IMG/VR virus record: IMGVR_UViG_2884546135_000003
Location: 1,708 to 65,707 of that record
Source of the DNA: a virus
Lineage: Duplodnaviria > Caudoviricetes
Direction: 5' to 3' (one strand)
Length of the DNA: 64,000 bases
Positions 17,658-27,368 of this stretch are shown piece after piece. Below the pieces are notes generated by a model. That model saw only the letters and a list, made by a program, of their open reading frames with translations. It had not been told where the DNA came from and did no database searches. The first letter of the stretch is position 1. Each line of letters opens with the position of its first letter. The position numbers and the translations under genes were made by a program.

Positions 17658-17683
17658 AAAAAAACCCGCCAACTGGCGGGTTG
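17658..17683 (-). terminator. Terminator after the HNH gene, upstream of the tail tube gene
   Basis: Minus strand AACCCGCC-AGTT-GGCGGGTT followed by a T-run. Confidence 0.75.
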
Positions 17684-17706
17684 CTGTAGTTCTGGTGATT
17701 TGTGCT

Positions 17707-18522
17707 CTAAAGCAATGTTAGAACTTTATTGCTCTTTTTAATGTTGTCGACGGCCCATAGCGGCCTGAGATTTGTTATCGCCCAACAATGCTTGAACTCT
17801 TCGTCTTCATGACTTTCAAACGTAAACTTTGATCTCGGAATAATGTGGTCGATATGCCAATCTCCCATATTATCCCACGTCATCCCCGGCAAAAACTGTT
17901 TCTCAAGGTGACGATAAAGATCTTCTAGGGAATATGGAACAATACTAAGCCACGACTTCCCCTGCTTGCCACCCTTAAGTCCGGACCTTACAAGCTGGCT
18001 CATCCTGTGATGCAGCCTTTTGCATGGGTCCGCGTGACGCTTGACCGCAGCGCGAGCGGCCCGCGCTCTTGTTAGTTCCCTTCGTCGTGGATCGGACTTG
18101 TCTTTCTCTCTTCTTTCCCGACTCCACTTTTTGACGAGTTCGGGATTATTCCTTTTGTATTCCTTGTGAATCTCATCACGGGCGGATTTTTGGCAAGAGT
18201 CGCAACGCTTTTGAGCCTGCGCCAGATATACAATCTGTGTGCCGCAATCCTGACACGGCACTGTGTCGCCAATTTTCTTTGCGCCCTTTAGCCGAGTTTT
18301 CTCGTGGTATCGTTGCAGTTCCATTGCTCTGCGGCATTTCTCACTGCAATACTTGTTCCCGCCCTGCCTAGCGGGGAATTCAGAATCGCAGACGACACAC
18401 TTTATTGTATCGCCAGCTATAACTTTTCCGCCCGCCCTACGAAGAGCAATCGCACATTCAGAGCACCGCAATTGACGGCCACCAGTCCGCTCACACTCGC
18501 GGCCACACGATTTACAAATCAA
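17707..18522 (-). CDS. Freestanding HNH endonuclease with zinc-ribbon repeats
   Basis: Repeated CxxC...C..C units; C-terminal HLEKQF..GMTWDNMG.WHIDHIIP......CWA.TNLRPLWA.DNIKK; lower GC. Confidence 0.85.
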   Translation of the reverse strand: MICKSCGRECERTGGRQLRCSECAIALRRAGGKVIAGDTIKCVVCDSEFPARQGGNKYCSEKCRRAMELQRYHEKTRLKGAKKIGDTVPCQDCGTQIVYLAQAQKRCDSCQKSARDEIHKEYKRNNPELVKKWSRERREKDKSDPRRRELTRARAARAAVKRHADPCKRLHHRMSQLVRSGLKGGKQGKSWLSIVPYSLEDLYRHLEKQFLPGMTWDNMGDWHIDHIIPRSKFTFESHEDEEFKHCWAITNLRPLWAVDNIKKSNKVLTLL

Positions 18523-18563
18523 TTTTCGACCCCTAACGATTTATTTCGCAGGTAGTCTGTTTT

Positions 18564-18576
18564 ACAAATTTGTCAA
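18564..18576 (-). promoter_or_regulatory. ACAAATTTGT operator/-35 box upstream of the HNH gene
   Basis: Minus strand ATTGACAAATTTGTAAAA, overlapping the stop codon of the upstream gene. Confidence 0.7.
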
Positions 18577-19007
18577 TCACCTAGTTCGACCGTGGCTATA
18601 AATGTCATGATTGCGCGGTTCGTGGCGCCATCCGATTCACGCCTGAAACGGGTGATCCTGTGCTGGATGTTTGCGAGCGCATTGTCCGTGAGGGAAAATT
18701 CAGCGTCGTGCAGAAGTTTCTTGATGATGCTCGCGATCTTCTTGACCTGAGCGCTGCCGTATGCCTCACCGCTGCCACGCGAATAAACGTCGATCTGAAA
18801 AGTGATCTCGTCCGCGTAAACGCAATCGGCGTCGTCGGGTGTGTTGTCGGATGGGCCAAATGCCACATACGGAAACGTGCTGAAATTGTCTGGCACACGA
18901 TCAAAGAAACGATTTGCGCAATACCCTGCGAAACTCGCGTCTGCCTTGACCCGCGCCATAACTGCGAGTTCAAGTTCGTATTCTGAGCTTTCAGCCACTC
19001 GCGGCAA
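18573..19007 (-). CDS. Tail terminator (DUF3168-like)
   Basis: R.FDRVP.....FPYV.FGP and IT.QIDVYSR patterns; syntenic position. Confidence 0.8.
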   Translation of the reverse strand: MPRVAESSEYELELAVMARVKADASFAGYCANRFFDRVPDNFSTFPYVAFGPSDNTPDDADCVYADEITFQIDVYSRGSGEAYGSAQVKKIASIIKKLLHDAEFSLTDNALANIQHRITRFRRESDGATNRAIMTFIATVELGD

Positions 19008-19488
19008 CCTCTTTTGCGGCCTTGTTTATCGACCGCGTAATTCTCGATTTTGTACGCTTGCGCAGTGCCCGATAGGACACAAAGAAGAATGGTGATGCCG
19101 GGATTGCCGGGATCGTAGCGCCTTTGAACTTTCCGCCAGCCGTATGCGAAGGTGTTCCGAATTCGACCCAGGCCGCGTAAAACGCCTCCTTGCTGCCGGC
19201 GTAGATTGTGAGCGTTAAATCCTGCCCCGCGCCGACACCCTGAACCGTTGCGATAACCACAGAGCCTTCCGGCGCCTTGCTCCCCCATCGCCAATCGATC
19301 GAATCGCGCAGCGTTCCTGGTGAGTTTCCGTGCGAGCCGCTAGAGCTTACCGGGACCAGATTTTTCATCATGGCCACGATTTCATCAGCGCCCTTAGCCA
19401 TTGCCTCCCGGATACGCTTCTTGGCAACCACCGGCATCAGCGCGAGTTTGCGCTCGAGTCTTTTTAATCCAAGAATTTTCGCCGTCAT
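18991..19488 (-). CDS. HK97 gp10-like tail completion protein
   Basis: GTLRDSI, AFYAAWVEFGT and PFFFVSYRALRKR. Confidence 0.85.
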   Translation of the reverse strand: MTAKILGLKRLERKLALMPVVAKKRIREAMAKGADEIVAMMKNLVPVSSSGSHGNSPGTLRDSIDWRWGSKAPEGSVVIATVQGVGAGQDLTLTIYAGSKEAFYAAWVEFGTPSHTAGGKFKGATIPAIPASPFFFVSYRALRKRTKSRITRSINKAAKEVAASG

Positions 19489-19832
19489 TCGGCCGTCCCT
19501 TCTTGAATCAGAATTTCGAGAAACGCGTTCTTGCTGGTGTCGTCAGTGGCTGGCGCGATCACGGCAAAGGTTCGGTCGTTGTTTCGCGCGTCTACGGCCC
19601 GCCAGGCGGTCGTAATATCGCGTGCCTTCGCGCTACTCCGGATCTTGGCGATGTAGGGCTGCTGTCCCTGCAGTCTGGCCGCCTGGACGGGCTCAGATCC
19701 TCGCAGCGGCCGAAGCTCTGCGGCAGCTGTAACCCTCGTCTCGAATTCCCCGGCAATCATATTGCCGAAGCCATCGTCTTGCAGCGAGCGCTCCTGAAAC
19801 CACAGGAGAACACGCTTATTGCCTGCACTCAT
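19485..19832 (-). CDS. Head closure protein (SPP1 gp16-like)
   Basis: DDGFGN.I...W/F and GSE.VQAARLQGQQPY...IR.......IT..WR. Confidence 0.8.
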   Translation of the reverse strand: MSAGNKRVLLWFQERSLQDDGFGNMIAGEFETRVTAAAELRPLRGSEPVQAARLQGQQPYIAKIRSSAKARDITTAWRAVDARNNDRTFAVIAPATDDTSKNAFLEILIQEGTAE

Positions 19833-19986
19833 CCTTTGGTTTCCCGGTCTTGACTGCCTTGCCGGCGCCCACTGCTCGAGTCGCGCACGCGCGGGTGACA
19901 AACTTCGTCATCCCCGCGCGGTATGCGATCGTTACTTCTGATTTTGGGCGCCAGTCGAAGTCATGAGTGAACCGCACCCAAGGCAA
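19816..19986 (-). CDS. Small conserved protein, not in the ORF track
   Basis: TTG start; translates MPWVRFTHDFDWRPKSEVTIAYRAG...CA..A..AGKA. Confidence 0.55.
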   Translation of the reverse strand: MPWVRFTHDFDWRPKSEVTIAYRAGMTKFVTRACATRAVGAGKAVKTGKPKDECRQ

Positions 19987-19987
19987 G

Positions 19988-20491
19988 TTAAGCGGACCTT
20001 GCGAGCACGATTATGGTGTATGTGACTGCGGTTCCGGAGGAGCTGTTGGCAACTTTCAGATCGTCAGTCGAGCCGGCGCCTACGGTGAACTGGCCAGCCG
20101 CATTCGGAGCGAACAGCACAAAGACGCCGCCAGGCTTTACCGACACTGTCGGGTTCGTGCCGCCAAGCAACGGAACCGGCGCAGTCGCGTCACCCAGAAC
20201 AACGTCGTTGGTGTTGCCCGCATCGGCCGTAACCATGACGCCGACCACCTCGGCCGCGGCAAGCGTGTCGCCAAATGCCGTGGTGAGCTCGCCCGCGAGA
20301 TCGAGGTCTTCACTGCCGGATGCGGCAATGGTTCGCGTGTCGGCCCAGACAAGGTCGGCCTTGTTGGCCGTTGTGCCGTCCGTGAACTGAAGAACCTTCT
20401 CAAGCTCGGGGACGTAACGCTGTGCAGCGAGATCATTTGAACCGGTTTCGGTGGCCTTGAACTTCACACGAAGTTCGGACGTAAGAGACAT
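19988..20491 (-). CDS. Probable virion structural protein
   Basis: Beta-rich Thr/Ala/Gly/Asp composition within the head-tail module. Confidence 0.65.
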   Translation of the reverse strand: MSLTSELRVKFKATETGSNDLAAQRYVPELEKVLQFTDGTTANKADLVWADTRTIAASGSEDLDLAGELTTAFGDTLAAAEVVGVMVTADAGNTNDVVLGDATAPVPLLGGTNPTVSVKPGGVFVLFAPNAAGQFTVGAGSTDDLKVANSSSGTAVTYTIIVLARSA

Positions 20492-20515
20492 TGAAAATCC
20501 TTTGTGATGCCGCGG

Positions 20516-21088
20516 TTAACCCGGCCAGTTTCGATATGGCATGAGAAGACGATCGATGGCCTGAGGAACGACGTAGACCTTCTTTTCGGAAACGTCTTCA
20601 CGGTTATCGAAAAGAGTTCCGATCATCAATTTTGCCGCGTGTTTGACAGGCGCTGGAACAACATCGTAACCACTCGTGAAGCGGATCCTCACCGAGGCCG
20701 GCTCACCATTCGTGTCGGGCCAGTCCTCATCGATCGCCGGCAGGATATAGCCGCCGCGAAACTTCACTTCAGCGTCGAACGTGCGGAACGTCAGAAGCTC
20801 CGTTTCAACATCCGTGTCTGGCGTGTAGTAGACGTTGTCGACCGTCTTTAGCGGCGGTCGCGGGATCCGCAAAAGACCGCAAGGGAAAGTGCAAGCGGTA
20901 TATTCCCAAACCTGCTCAACCACAGAAATTCCGAGCCATCCCTGCTCGCCACAAAAGTTTTCGGTCACTACGGCCAGGAGGGCGTCGATATAGTCGTCTT
21001 CATCGTCGTGATAGACGCGAAGATGCTCTTTCGCCTCATCCCTGGTCAGTAGATTTCCCGAATCCATCGAAATGAGGCGAAGACTCAT
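20516..21088 (-). CDS. Head-tail connector (HK97 gp6-like)
   Basis: LTRDEAKEHLRV.HDDED.YI..L and VRIRFTSGY...PAPVKHAAKLMIG..F.NRE. Confidence 0.9.
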   Translation of the reverse strand: MSLRLISMDSGNLLTRDEAKEHLRVYHDDEDDYIDALLAVVTENFCGEQGWLGISVVEQVWEYTACTFPCGLLRIPRPPLKTVDNVYYTPDTDVETELLTFRTFDAEVKFRGGYILPAIDEDWPDTNGEPASVRIRFTSGYDVVPAPVKHAAKLMIGTLFDNREDVSEKKVYVVPQAIDRLLMPYRNWPG

Positions 21089-21103
21089 CTGACGCCTCCA
21101 TCG

Positions 21104-21346
21104 TTATTTGTCGGCTGATTTCGGGCGCCCGCGTCGCGGTTTAGGCTCTTCCTGGCTTTGTTCGGCCGGCTCTTGCTCTGGCGTCTTTTGCTCGATTTTC
21201 TTCCCGCTGTCCGCGGCTTCAATCAAGCCTTCCTTCTCCAGGCCTGGGGCGCAATCATGAAAGTCGGCCTCATCACCGACTTTCATCATGATTGCTTCAA
21301 TCCCATTTTTGGCATACGGGAAGGGTTTCTTAACCCTGTGCAGCAT
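21104..21346 (-). CDS. Small hypothetical protein
   Basis: Position after the capsid accessory gene; C-terminal RRGRPK. Confidence 0.6.
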   Translation of the reverse strand: MLHRVKKPFPYAKNGIEAIMMKVGDEADFHDCAPGLEKEGLIEAADSGKKIEQKTPEQEPAEQSQEEPKPRRGRPKSADK

Positions 21347-21756
21347 TAGGCAACCGCGGCGAGCGCCGGATGACCCTTGACCGCAACAGCGCTGAGCGTG
21401 CCGCCTGAGGTCGTGCTGGCGGAAGTGATGTTCAAACGAACGTATCGCTTCGTGCCACTGTACCCGATTTTCTTCACTGCATTGTCATCAGCGGCTGCAA
21501 AGGTGGCTGCGGCGATGGTGCCAAGCAGATCTGCGGCGACAACGGCAGAGCCGTCAGAGAGGTCATCTTCGTCGCCTTCGGTGATGGAAGGCGTATAGGT
21601 GCCGTCCGTCAGGGTTTCGGATTTGATGAGAAACTCGACGCTCTCGTAATCGCGAGTATCGATGATTTCACCATTCGTCGTGGTGTCGGAACTGATCGCG
21701 GTGGAATCCAGTGCATTCTCGGCCGCAATGTTGTTATGAAGATCGCGTACAGCCAT
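21346..21756 (-). CDS. Capsid-associated (decoration-like) protein
   Basis: MAVRDLHNNI start and IGY.G.KRYVRL motif, directly after the major capsid gene. Confidence 0.7.
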   Translation of the reverse strand: MAVRDLHNNIAAENALDSTAISSDTTTNGEIIDTRDYESVEFLIKSETLTDGTYTPSITEGDEDDLSDGSAVVAADLLGTIAAATFAAADDNAVKKIGYSGTKRYVRLNITSASTTSGGTLSAVAVKGHPALAAVA

Positions 21757-21780
21757 GGCTGCTAAAAACCTCGTTTCTTG

Positions 21781-21810
21781 AAAAGAAAAGAGCCGCTATT
21801 CAGCGGCTCT
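21781..21810 (-). terminator. Terminator after the major capsid gene
   Basis: Minus strand AGAGCCGCT-GAAT-AGCGGCTCT followed by TTTCTTTT. Confidence 0.8.
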
Positions 21811-21832
21811 GATTGTTGAGTCTTGGGACTGC

Positions 21833-23176
21833 TTACGAAGAAGCGATCTTCTGCAGCTTGACAGCTTCGAAGTTCACCACAGCACCACCGACGCGACGAC
21901 GCGTGTAGTACTTGGTGTAAGGCTTCGCGGTATACGGATCGCGGAGCAGCGTGATGCCCAGGCGATCAACGATCGTGTAGGCACGCTCAAAGTCGCCGAA
22001 CGCCATTGCGAGCGCGTTAGCTGCGATGGTCGGCATGTCTTCGGCGCGAGTGACTTCGTAGCCAAGCAGGGTAGCCGGCTGACCATTGCGCACGTCGCCC
22101 ATCTGCCACAGGTAGTTGCCCTGGCCATCCTTGAGCTTCATGACGTCGCGCACGGTCGTGCGTTTCATCATGAACCGTGCGTTCATGGTGTAGAAGTCCT
22201 TCAGGCTGAACACCAGGTCGTAGACGCCGTCAGATGTGACGGTGGTGGCGCCACCGGAAACGATCTGTTCAATCTGCCCGTTGCTTGTGCCGGCATCGTA
22301 GGTCAGGAGACCGCGAGGCTTGTTGACGCCGTTGCCGTTAAAGAATGCGGCAGCCTCGACGCGACCGAAGCGCTCACCAACCTTGCGATTGATCCAGCCA
22401 TCGACGTCAAACCCACCGTCTTCCAGCATCTGCTGGGTAACGCGAGGCTCGGCGTACATCTCATGAACCGCGATCTTCGATTCACCGAACTGCGAAGTCA
22501 TGGTTTCAGACGGAGCCTCGGTTTCGCCAATCCAGCCATAACCGAACTCGCCTTCATCGCGAGGGATGATCAGCTCTTTGCCGGAGATGGATTCAACGGT
22601 CGCATAGGCGCGCAGATTGGAAGTCTCGTAGACCTTCTCGATGATGCGACTGGAGGACTCGGTCGGCACCATATAGCCGCCATCTGGATCCGAGCCGGTG
22701 GACAGTGCGGCCTTGATGTCGGTGCTCCGACCCTCGCGTGCACGCAGGTAGGAGGCGTAAGCCTTCTTGTACTCCGCGTATGCTTCCAGGTCCGGAACGA
22801 TCTCAGCGTCGTAGGTCAGCTTGTTGTCGCCAACCAGGAGCGCTTTGTGCCAGTCATAGGCAGCAGAGGCTTCCTTGGTTGCGTCTTCGCCAGACCAACC
22901 ACCGCCGACGCGCTTCATAGCCGCCTCAAGGTCGCTAATTCCGTCCTCAACCGCCTTTAGGCCGGTTTCCAGGACGTTGGTCTTTTCTTCGATCGATGCG
23001 GAGAACTTGTTGATCTTTTCATCGACAATCGGATCGACATTTTTGCCGGCCGCGTCGAGTTCGGAGCGCATGTTTTCAAGTTCGCGCTTGGTTTCGTCCT
23101 GCAGCGCCTTGAAGTTGTCACCATGCTTTTTGATGTCAGCCGAGATCTGCTCGACGACCTTATCGTCAATTGGCAA
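21833..23176 (-). CDS. Major capsid protein, HK97 fold
   Basis: DGGYMVP, F..GNGVNKPRGLL, L.KLKDGQGNYLW, FGDF..AY.IVDR.G...LRDPY; TTG start behind CAGGA RBS. Confidence 0.95.
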   Translation of the reverse strand: MPIDDKVVEQISADIKKHGDNFKALQDETKRELENMRSELDAAGKNVDPIVDEKINKFSASIEEKTNVLETGLKAVEDGISDLEAAMKRVGGGWSGEDATKEASAAYDWHKALLVGDNKLTYDAEIVPDLEAYAEYKKAYASYLRAREGRSTDIKAALSTGSDPDGGYMVPTESSSRIIEKVYETSNLRAYATVESISGKELIIPRDEGEFGYGWIGETEAPSETMTSQFGESKIAVHEMYAEPRVTQQMLEDGGFDVDGWINRKVGERFGRVEAAAFFNGNGVNKPRGLLTYDAGTSNGQIEQIVSGGATTVTSDGVYDLVFSLKDFYTMNARFMMKRTTVRDVMKLKDGQGNYLWQMGDVRNGQPATLLGYEVTRAEDMPTIAANALAMAFGDFERAYTIVDRLGITLLRDPYTAKPYTKYYTRRRVGGAVVNFEAVKLQKIASS

Positions 23177-23219
23177 TGTATTTTCCTGTGGTGGAGTCGG
23201 TGCTTGGTGGGCACCTGGT

Positions 23220-24077
23220 TTAGATCGTGGCGAGCTCGCGAGCCGCAGCTGCCAGTTTGCTAAGGTCGACGCCAGCGTCTTGCGTGGTGTCATCTGCGTC
23301 GCTTGACGCCTTCAGGACGCGCTTAAGCGCGCGAACCTTGGAACGCGAATAGCCAGCGTCTTGCATGACCAGCCGTTCCCAGTCTCGCTCCGTCTCGGGA
23401 TCGAAGCTGTCATCGGATGGCCATTTCAGCGCATCCGGCACAGACCCGAAAACCGAGAGGTCGAATTTTGCTTTTGCGCCGTCGTCGGCGACTTTGATTT
23501 CCTTGTCTGCAAAACCGAACTCAATCGCCTCTTTGGCTGTGAGCCAGGTTTCATCGTCCATCATTTGCTTGATGGATCGAATTCCGGTTGAGGTGCGCGA
23601 GACGTAAGTTCTTGCAAGAGCATCATCGATCTTCGCAAGGACGCCGGCCAGCTCTTCGAAATCGTGGCGATTTCCAAGGCCGATCGTCCAGGCGTTGTGC
23701 ACCATGAAAAACGCGTTCGGCGCGATCGTGATTTCGTCACCAGCCATCGCAATGATGGATGCGATCGACGCGGCAATGCCCGTGACTTCGACGCGTACGT
23801 TTCCATCGTGCGCGACAAGATCGTTGTACATGGCAATGCCATCAAAAACGTCACCGCCAGGACTGTTCACTCGAAGAACAATGTCACCGGCACCGCGCAG
23901 GGATTCCCGAAATCGTTTTGCGTTGACGCCCCAGTATCCAATCTCGTCGTAGAGATCGATCTGGGTCTCCCCGCCTTCATTTCTTTTGGTTCCGGCACCA
24001 AATTTTGTGCCAACGGAACGCGCGAAAAAGCGCTCCCGACGATCGCCGAGAGGCGCAGTGAAATCAATTTTGTCCAT
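23220..24077 (-). CDS. ClpP-like head maturation protease
   Basis: RVNSPGGDVFDGIA.YN, GIAASIASII, MVHN and M.DETWLTAKEA. Confidence 0.92.
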   Translation of the reverse strand: MDKIDFTAPLGDRRERFFARSVGTKFGAGTKRNEGGETQIDLYDEIGYWGVNAKRFRESLRGAGDIVLRVNSPGGDVFDGIAMYNDLVAHDGNVRVEVTGIAASIASIIAMAGDEITIAPNAFFMVHNAWTIGLGNRHDFEELAGVLAKIDDALARTYVSRTSTGIRSIKQMMDDETWLTAKEAIEFGFADKEIKVADDGAKAKFDLSVFGSVPDALKWPSDDSFDPETERDWERLVMQDAGYSRSKVRALKRVLKASSDADDTTQDAGVDLSKLAAAARELATI

Positions 24078-24080
24078 AAA

Positions 24081-25316
24081 TTATCCCTGCGCGGCGGCCG
24101 GCGTTCCCTCTGTTGGGGGGAACATGTTCGTTGGACGCCAATATTCGTCGCCGCCCTCCCTCGGATTCATGTTCTCAAGAGAGCGAACTTCGTTCGGGCT
24201 TCGAATTCCGTTTTGAATTTGCTGTGCGTAGCCTTCCATGCGGCTCTTGAAATCGCCGCGAAGCAATGCGTCTGGAAGGAATTCACAGAAATAGCCTTCG
24301 GCTCGCTCTCTTGCTGTCAAGAGATCACGGTTCGCCGCGGACGCGATGCGCACCAGCCACGGCATCAGGCAGTGCATGACGTACTCGAGCGATTGATGCT
24401 CGATGTTGTTGTTCGTGGATCTGTCCAGGTCGCCGATCATGTGCAGCGGCACACGAAACACGCCGGCAATCTCGGAGCGCTGGAATTTGCGCGTATCAAG
24501 GAACTGTGCATCGTCTGGATTGATCGACAGCGCGACCCATTCCATCCCCTCTTCCAGCACCAGTGGTCGGCTGCTGTTGGCCAAGCCGCCGTACTTCTCC
24601 TCGAACTGCTCCCGCAGCGCCTGCGTGGCCTCTGGACCAATCGCGCTGGGATGCTTGAGCACGCCAGAAGGTTTTACGCCGTTCTTGTAGAGATGAGACC
24701 CGAATTTCTCCGCAGCCAGGCCAAGCCCAATTGCATTCCTGGCAAGGGAGATGATCGACTGACCCTTGTATCCGATCGGCATTGGGCCGCGGATATGGTG
24801 GATCTCATTCGACTTCAGCATACGCCGACTATTGTCTGGCATGATCGCAGAGTAGACAGGCGACCAATCGACATCTTGCTTGATTTCGACAGCATCGGGA
24901 TTAAGGGGTACAAGTCCCCTCACCCTGTCCTTATTGTCGCGATTGATATAGGCATACGCATTCCCACGAGTGGCGAGGTTGACCATCTGGCCTTCCTTGT
25001 ACTCGTAAGCCGTATTCCAGCCGTTCGCTTTGTCGTGGAGAACCTGATAGAGCGGATGGCCATCCGCTCTATCTTTACCGCCATCACTTCGCGTCTTGTA
25101 GAGCATCAGCGGCAGCTGAGCGACGCTTTCCGAAAGCACACGCACGCAGCTCAAAGCCGTCGTGTAGCGCATCGCGCTTTCCGGAGACACTGCAACACCG
25201 GTATCACTCTCCGGGCCACTGAACATGGCCTGGTATAGCTCTTTGGATGTCGTGATGTTGTCTTTTGTGATGGCGTCTTTCGTGCTTAAAATAAGATCAA
25301 AAAGCCCTGCCATCAA
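24081..25316 (-). CDS. Portal protein, HK97 family
   Basis: V..LSESVAQLPL.LY, LATRGNAY, QFLDTRKFQ..EIA..FRVP. Confidence 0.95.
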   Translation of the reverse strand: MMAGLFDLILSTKDAITKDNITTSKELYQAMFSGPESDTGVAVSPESAMRYTTALSCVRVLSESVAQLPLMLYKTRSDGGKDRADGHPLYQVLHDKANGWNTAYEYKEGQMVNLATRGNAYAYINRDNKDRVRGLVPLNPDAVEIKQDVDWSPVYSAIMPDNSRRMLKSNEIHHIRGPMPIGYKGQSIISLARNAIGLGLAAEKFGSHLYKNGVKPSGVLKHPSAIGPEATQALREQFEEKYGGLANSSRPLVLEEGMEWVALSINPDDAQFLDTRKFQRSEIAGVFRVPLHMIGDLDRSTNNNIEHQSLEYVMHCLMPWLVRIASAANRDLLTARERAEGYFCEFLPDALLRGDFKSRMEGYAQQIQNGIRSPNEVRSLENMNPREGGDEYWRPTNMFPPTEGTPAAAQG

Positions 25317-25483
25317 CTCCCCGCAATCATCGGCGCGATGTACGCGGCAAGCGCGATCGAACCAAACACGAGGTAGCCCATCGGTTCATAAACCAGCCAG
25401 GCGCCGTAAGTCACCGACGCCACGCCGGCAAGGGCGGTCAGGTCGCGAGCAACTGCGCGGCAGAAACTGACAAATTTGTTCAT
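25313..25483 (-). CDS. Small membrane protein between terminase and portal
   Basis: Two hydrophobic segments; typical position. Confidence 0.55.
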   Translation of the reverse strand: MNKFVSFCRAVARDLTALAGVASVTYGAWLVYEPMGYLVFGSIALAAYIAPMIAGS

Positions 25484-25499
25484 TTGCGTATTCTTCATG

Positions 25500-27368
25500 C
25501 TAGATCTCAGTGAACCGCGGCCGTTTTTTGTAGAGGGAGTCGTGCTGAGATTCAGCGCTGTCGACAGCCGCTCCAACCGCCATTGCCAAAGCAACGGCGC
25601 AGTCAATCCTGACCGACGCCTTCTGTTTGACGAACCACCTGTTGTCCTGAGGATCGTGATCGAAAGTCGCGCCCATCATCGCGGTCATGAGTACCGGGCT
25701 GCGGCGCAACCGGATCCTGCCGTCGATGATCATGTTCTCAAGCTCGGAGACGCTTCCAGGCATCCAGAGCCCTAGGGGGGCTTTTTTACCGGCCTTGCGG
25801 GCCGCCTCGACTTTTTCGTCTGATGGCTTCGCCCTGACCCTGCCACCCTGTGGATGCGGCACGTGCTCCAACGTCAATCCGAGATTTTCAATCTCAACCC
25901 GAAAAGCATCGTACGCGTATTTATCGTATGCGATGCACTGGATATCGAAAATCTGATCCAGGTGCTGAACATGAGCCGCGACGAAGTCATTCCGGATCCG
26001 CGGCCCTGGCGGCGCATTCAGCCAGCCCTCTGCCACCCACTGCTCATACGGAGCCTTGTCTTGTCTGGCGCGCTCGGAAAGAGTGTCCCTCGGTGTCCAG
26101 GCGTCTACCCACGCATCGAACGTAGGCAACATGACGGTGGAACCGTCTTCCTTGACCATTTCCTTGAAGCCGGTCTGGATCACGCCGGCCAATGCCGTCA
26201 TATCCTTCGAGCCGGAAAGGTCACAACCGAGAAAGAGCTTCTTGTCGCGGTGCTCGACCTCTGGATCGAACTCCTCCATAACGCCTTCGATCGTCGATCG
26301 CGGCATCCAAGCCTTGTCGCTATCCGTCCAGACGCAGAAATGCAGCCGGAGAATGCCGTTCAGCTTTCCCGGAATCTGCCTCGCCTGCGCCACAACACCT
26401 TCGAGATAATCGAAGGTCAGAATGACGCCGAGCAGCGGATTGGCCTTTACCCAACAGGATGGGTCTGTGAGCGGATCGTCGTCCTTATCAAGGGCGCACA
26501 CATAGGAGAACGTGCTGTCGTCGAGGATTTCTCCAACGTAGGTGAAATCATCATCGGGCTCACTCGTGCCAGCTGCGACACGAACAGCATGTTCGTGCTC
26601 TTCCCAGCAGACCGTGTTTCGATCGCTGCCGCTGTTCGTGATCATCAAAAGCAGCGGCTGCCGGCGAAACTTGAACCCGCGCTCGAGCATTTCCATCACG
26701 TCGCGGTTCGGGTGTTCGTGCACCTCATCGCAAAGCGCGAAATGCGGGCGGAGACCAGAGCCTGTCTTCCCTGCCTCTTTCGACAGAGTGCGGAAGAACG
26801 AAGCAGACTTCAGGTGAGCGAGATTGTATTCCCTGCCCGGCCCGCCGCTCGGGTTCGTTCTGCTGACAAGTGCGGGTGACTTGCCGCGCATCTTGATCGC
26901 ATCGCGGAAAAGAATATTTGCCTGATCTTTTGTGGCCGCCGCGGCGAAGATTTGTGCGCCTGGCTCGCCGTCAGCGGTTAGACCGTAGAGGCCGACCCCA
27001 CCAGCAAAAGGCGACTTCCCGTTACCTTTTCCCTCTTCGATGTAAGCACGTCGAAATCGACGAGATCCATCTTGACGCTTCCAGCCAAATAGAGAGCCAA
27101 GCTTAAACGCCTGAACCGGCGCAAGATTGAATGGAACACCTTCAAACTGTCCTTCGCTGAGCTTTAGGCCGCGCTCGAAAAAATTGAAAACGTGCTGGGC
27201 CGCGCCATCGTCGAACCAAAGCCCGCGCTCGTGACCTTTTTCCAGGTCGTCGAAATGTCTGCGGCAAGCGTTTCGCACATGCGGACCCGCAACGATTTCG
27301 CCATCTAGGACGGCGCGAGCATAATCGTTTACTCGTTCAAGCGCCGTCCCGCTTGAAGAGTTCTTCAT
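25500..27368 (-). CDS. terL: Terminase large subunit
   Basis: Walker A EGKGNGKS, Walker B ALCDEVH, ITNSG, nuclease G.DLSG..D.TA, RIDCAVAL. Confidence 0.95.
   Translation of the reverse strand: MKNSSSGTALERVNDYARAVLDGEIVAGPHVRNACRRHFDDLEKGHERGLWFDDGAAQHVFNFFERGLKLSEGQFEGVPFNLAPVQAFKLGSLFGWKRQDGSRRFRRAYIEEGKGNGKSPFAGGVGLYGLTADGEPGAQIFAAAATKDQANILFRDAIKMRGKSPALVSRTNPSGGPGREYNLAHLKSASFFRTLSKEAGKTGSGLRPHFALCDEVHEHPNRDVMEMLERGFKFRRQPLLLMITNSGSDRNTVCWEEHEHAVRVAAGTSEPDDDFTYVGEILDDSTFSYVCALDKDDDPLTDPSCWVKANPLLGVILTFDYLEGVVAQARQIPGKLNGILRLHFCVWTDSDKAWMPRSTIEGVMEEFDPEVEHRDKKLFLGCDLSGSKDMTALAGVIQTGFKEMVKEDGSTVMLPTFDAWVDAWTPRDTLSERARQDKAPYEQWVAEGWLNAPPGPRIRNDFVAAHVQHLDQIFDIQCIAYDKYAYDAFRVEIENLGLTLEHVPHPQGGRVRAKPSDEKVEAARKAGKKAPLGLWMPGSVSELENMIIDGRIRLRRSPVLMTAMMGATFDHDPQDNRWFVKQKASVRIDCAVALAMAVGAAVDSAESQHDSLYKKRPRFTEI

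Noticed and set aside
25470-25479. Fourteenth exact ACAAATTTGT copy
   Set aside because: Lies inside a coding start (M-N-K-F-V) with no TTGACA; could be chance, so it is not counted as an operator
23664-26879. Long plus-strand ORFs (23664-25238, 25854-26879)
   Set aside because: Antisense shadows of the portal and terminase genes, expected in GC-rich DNA
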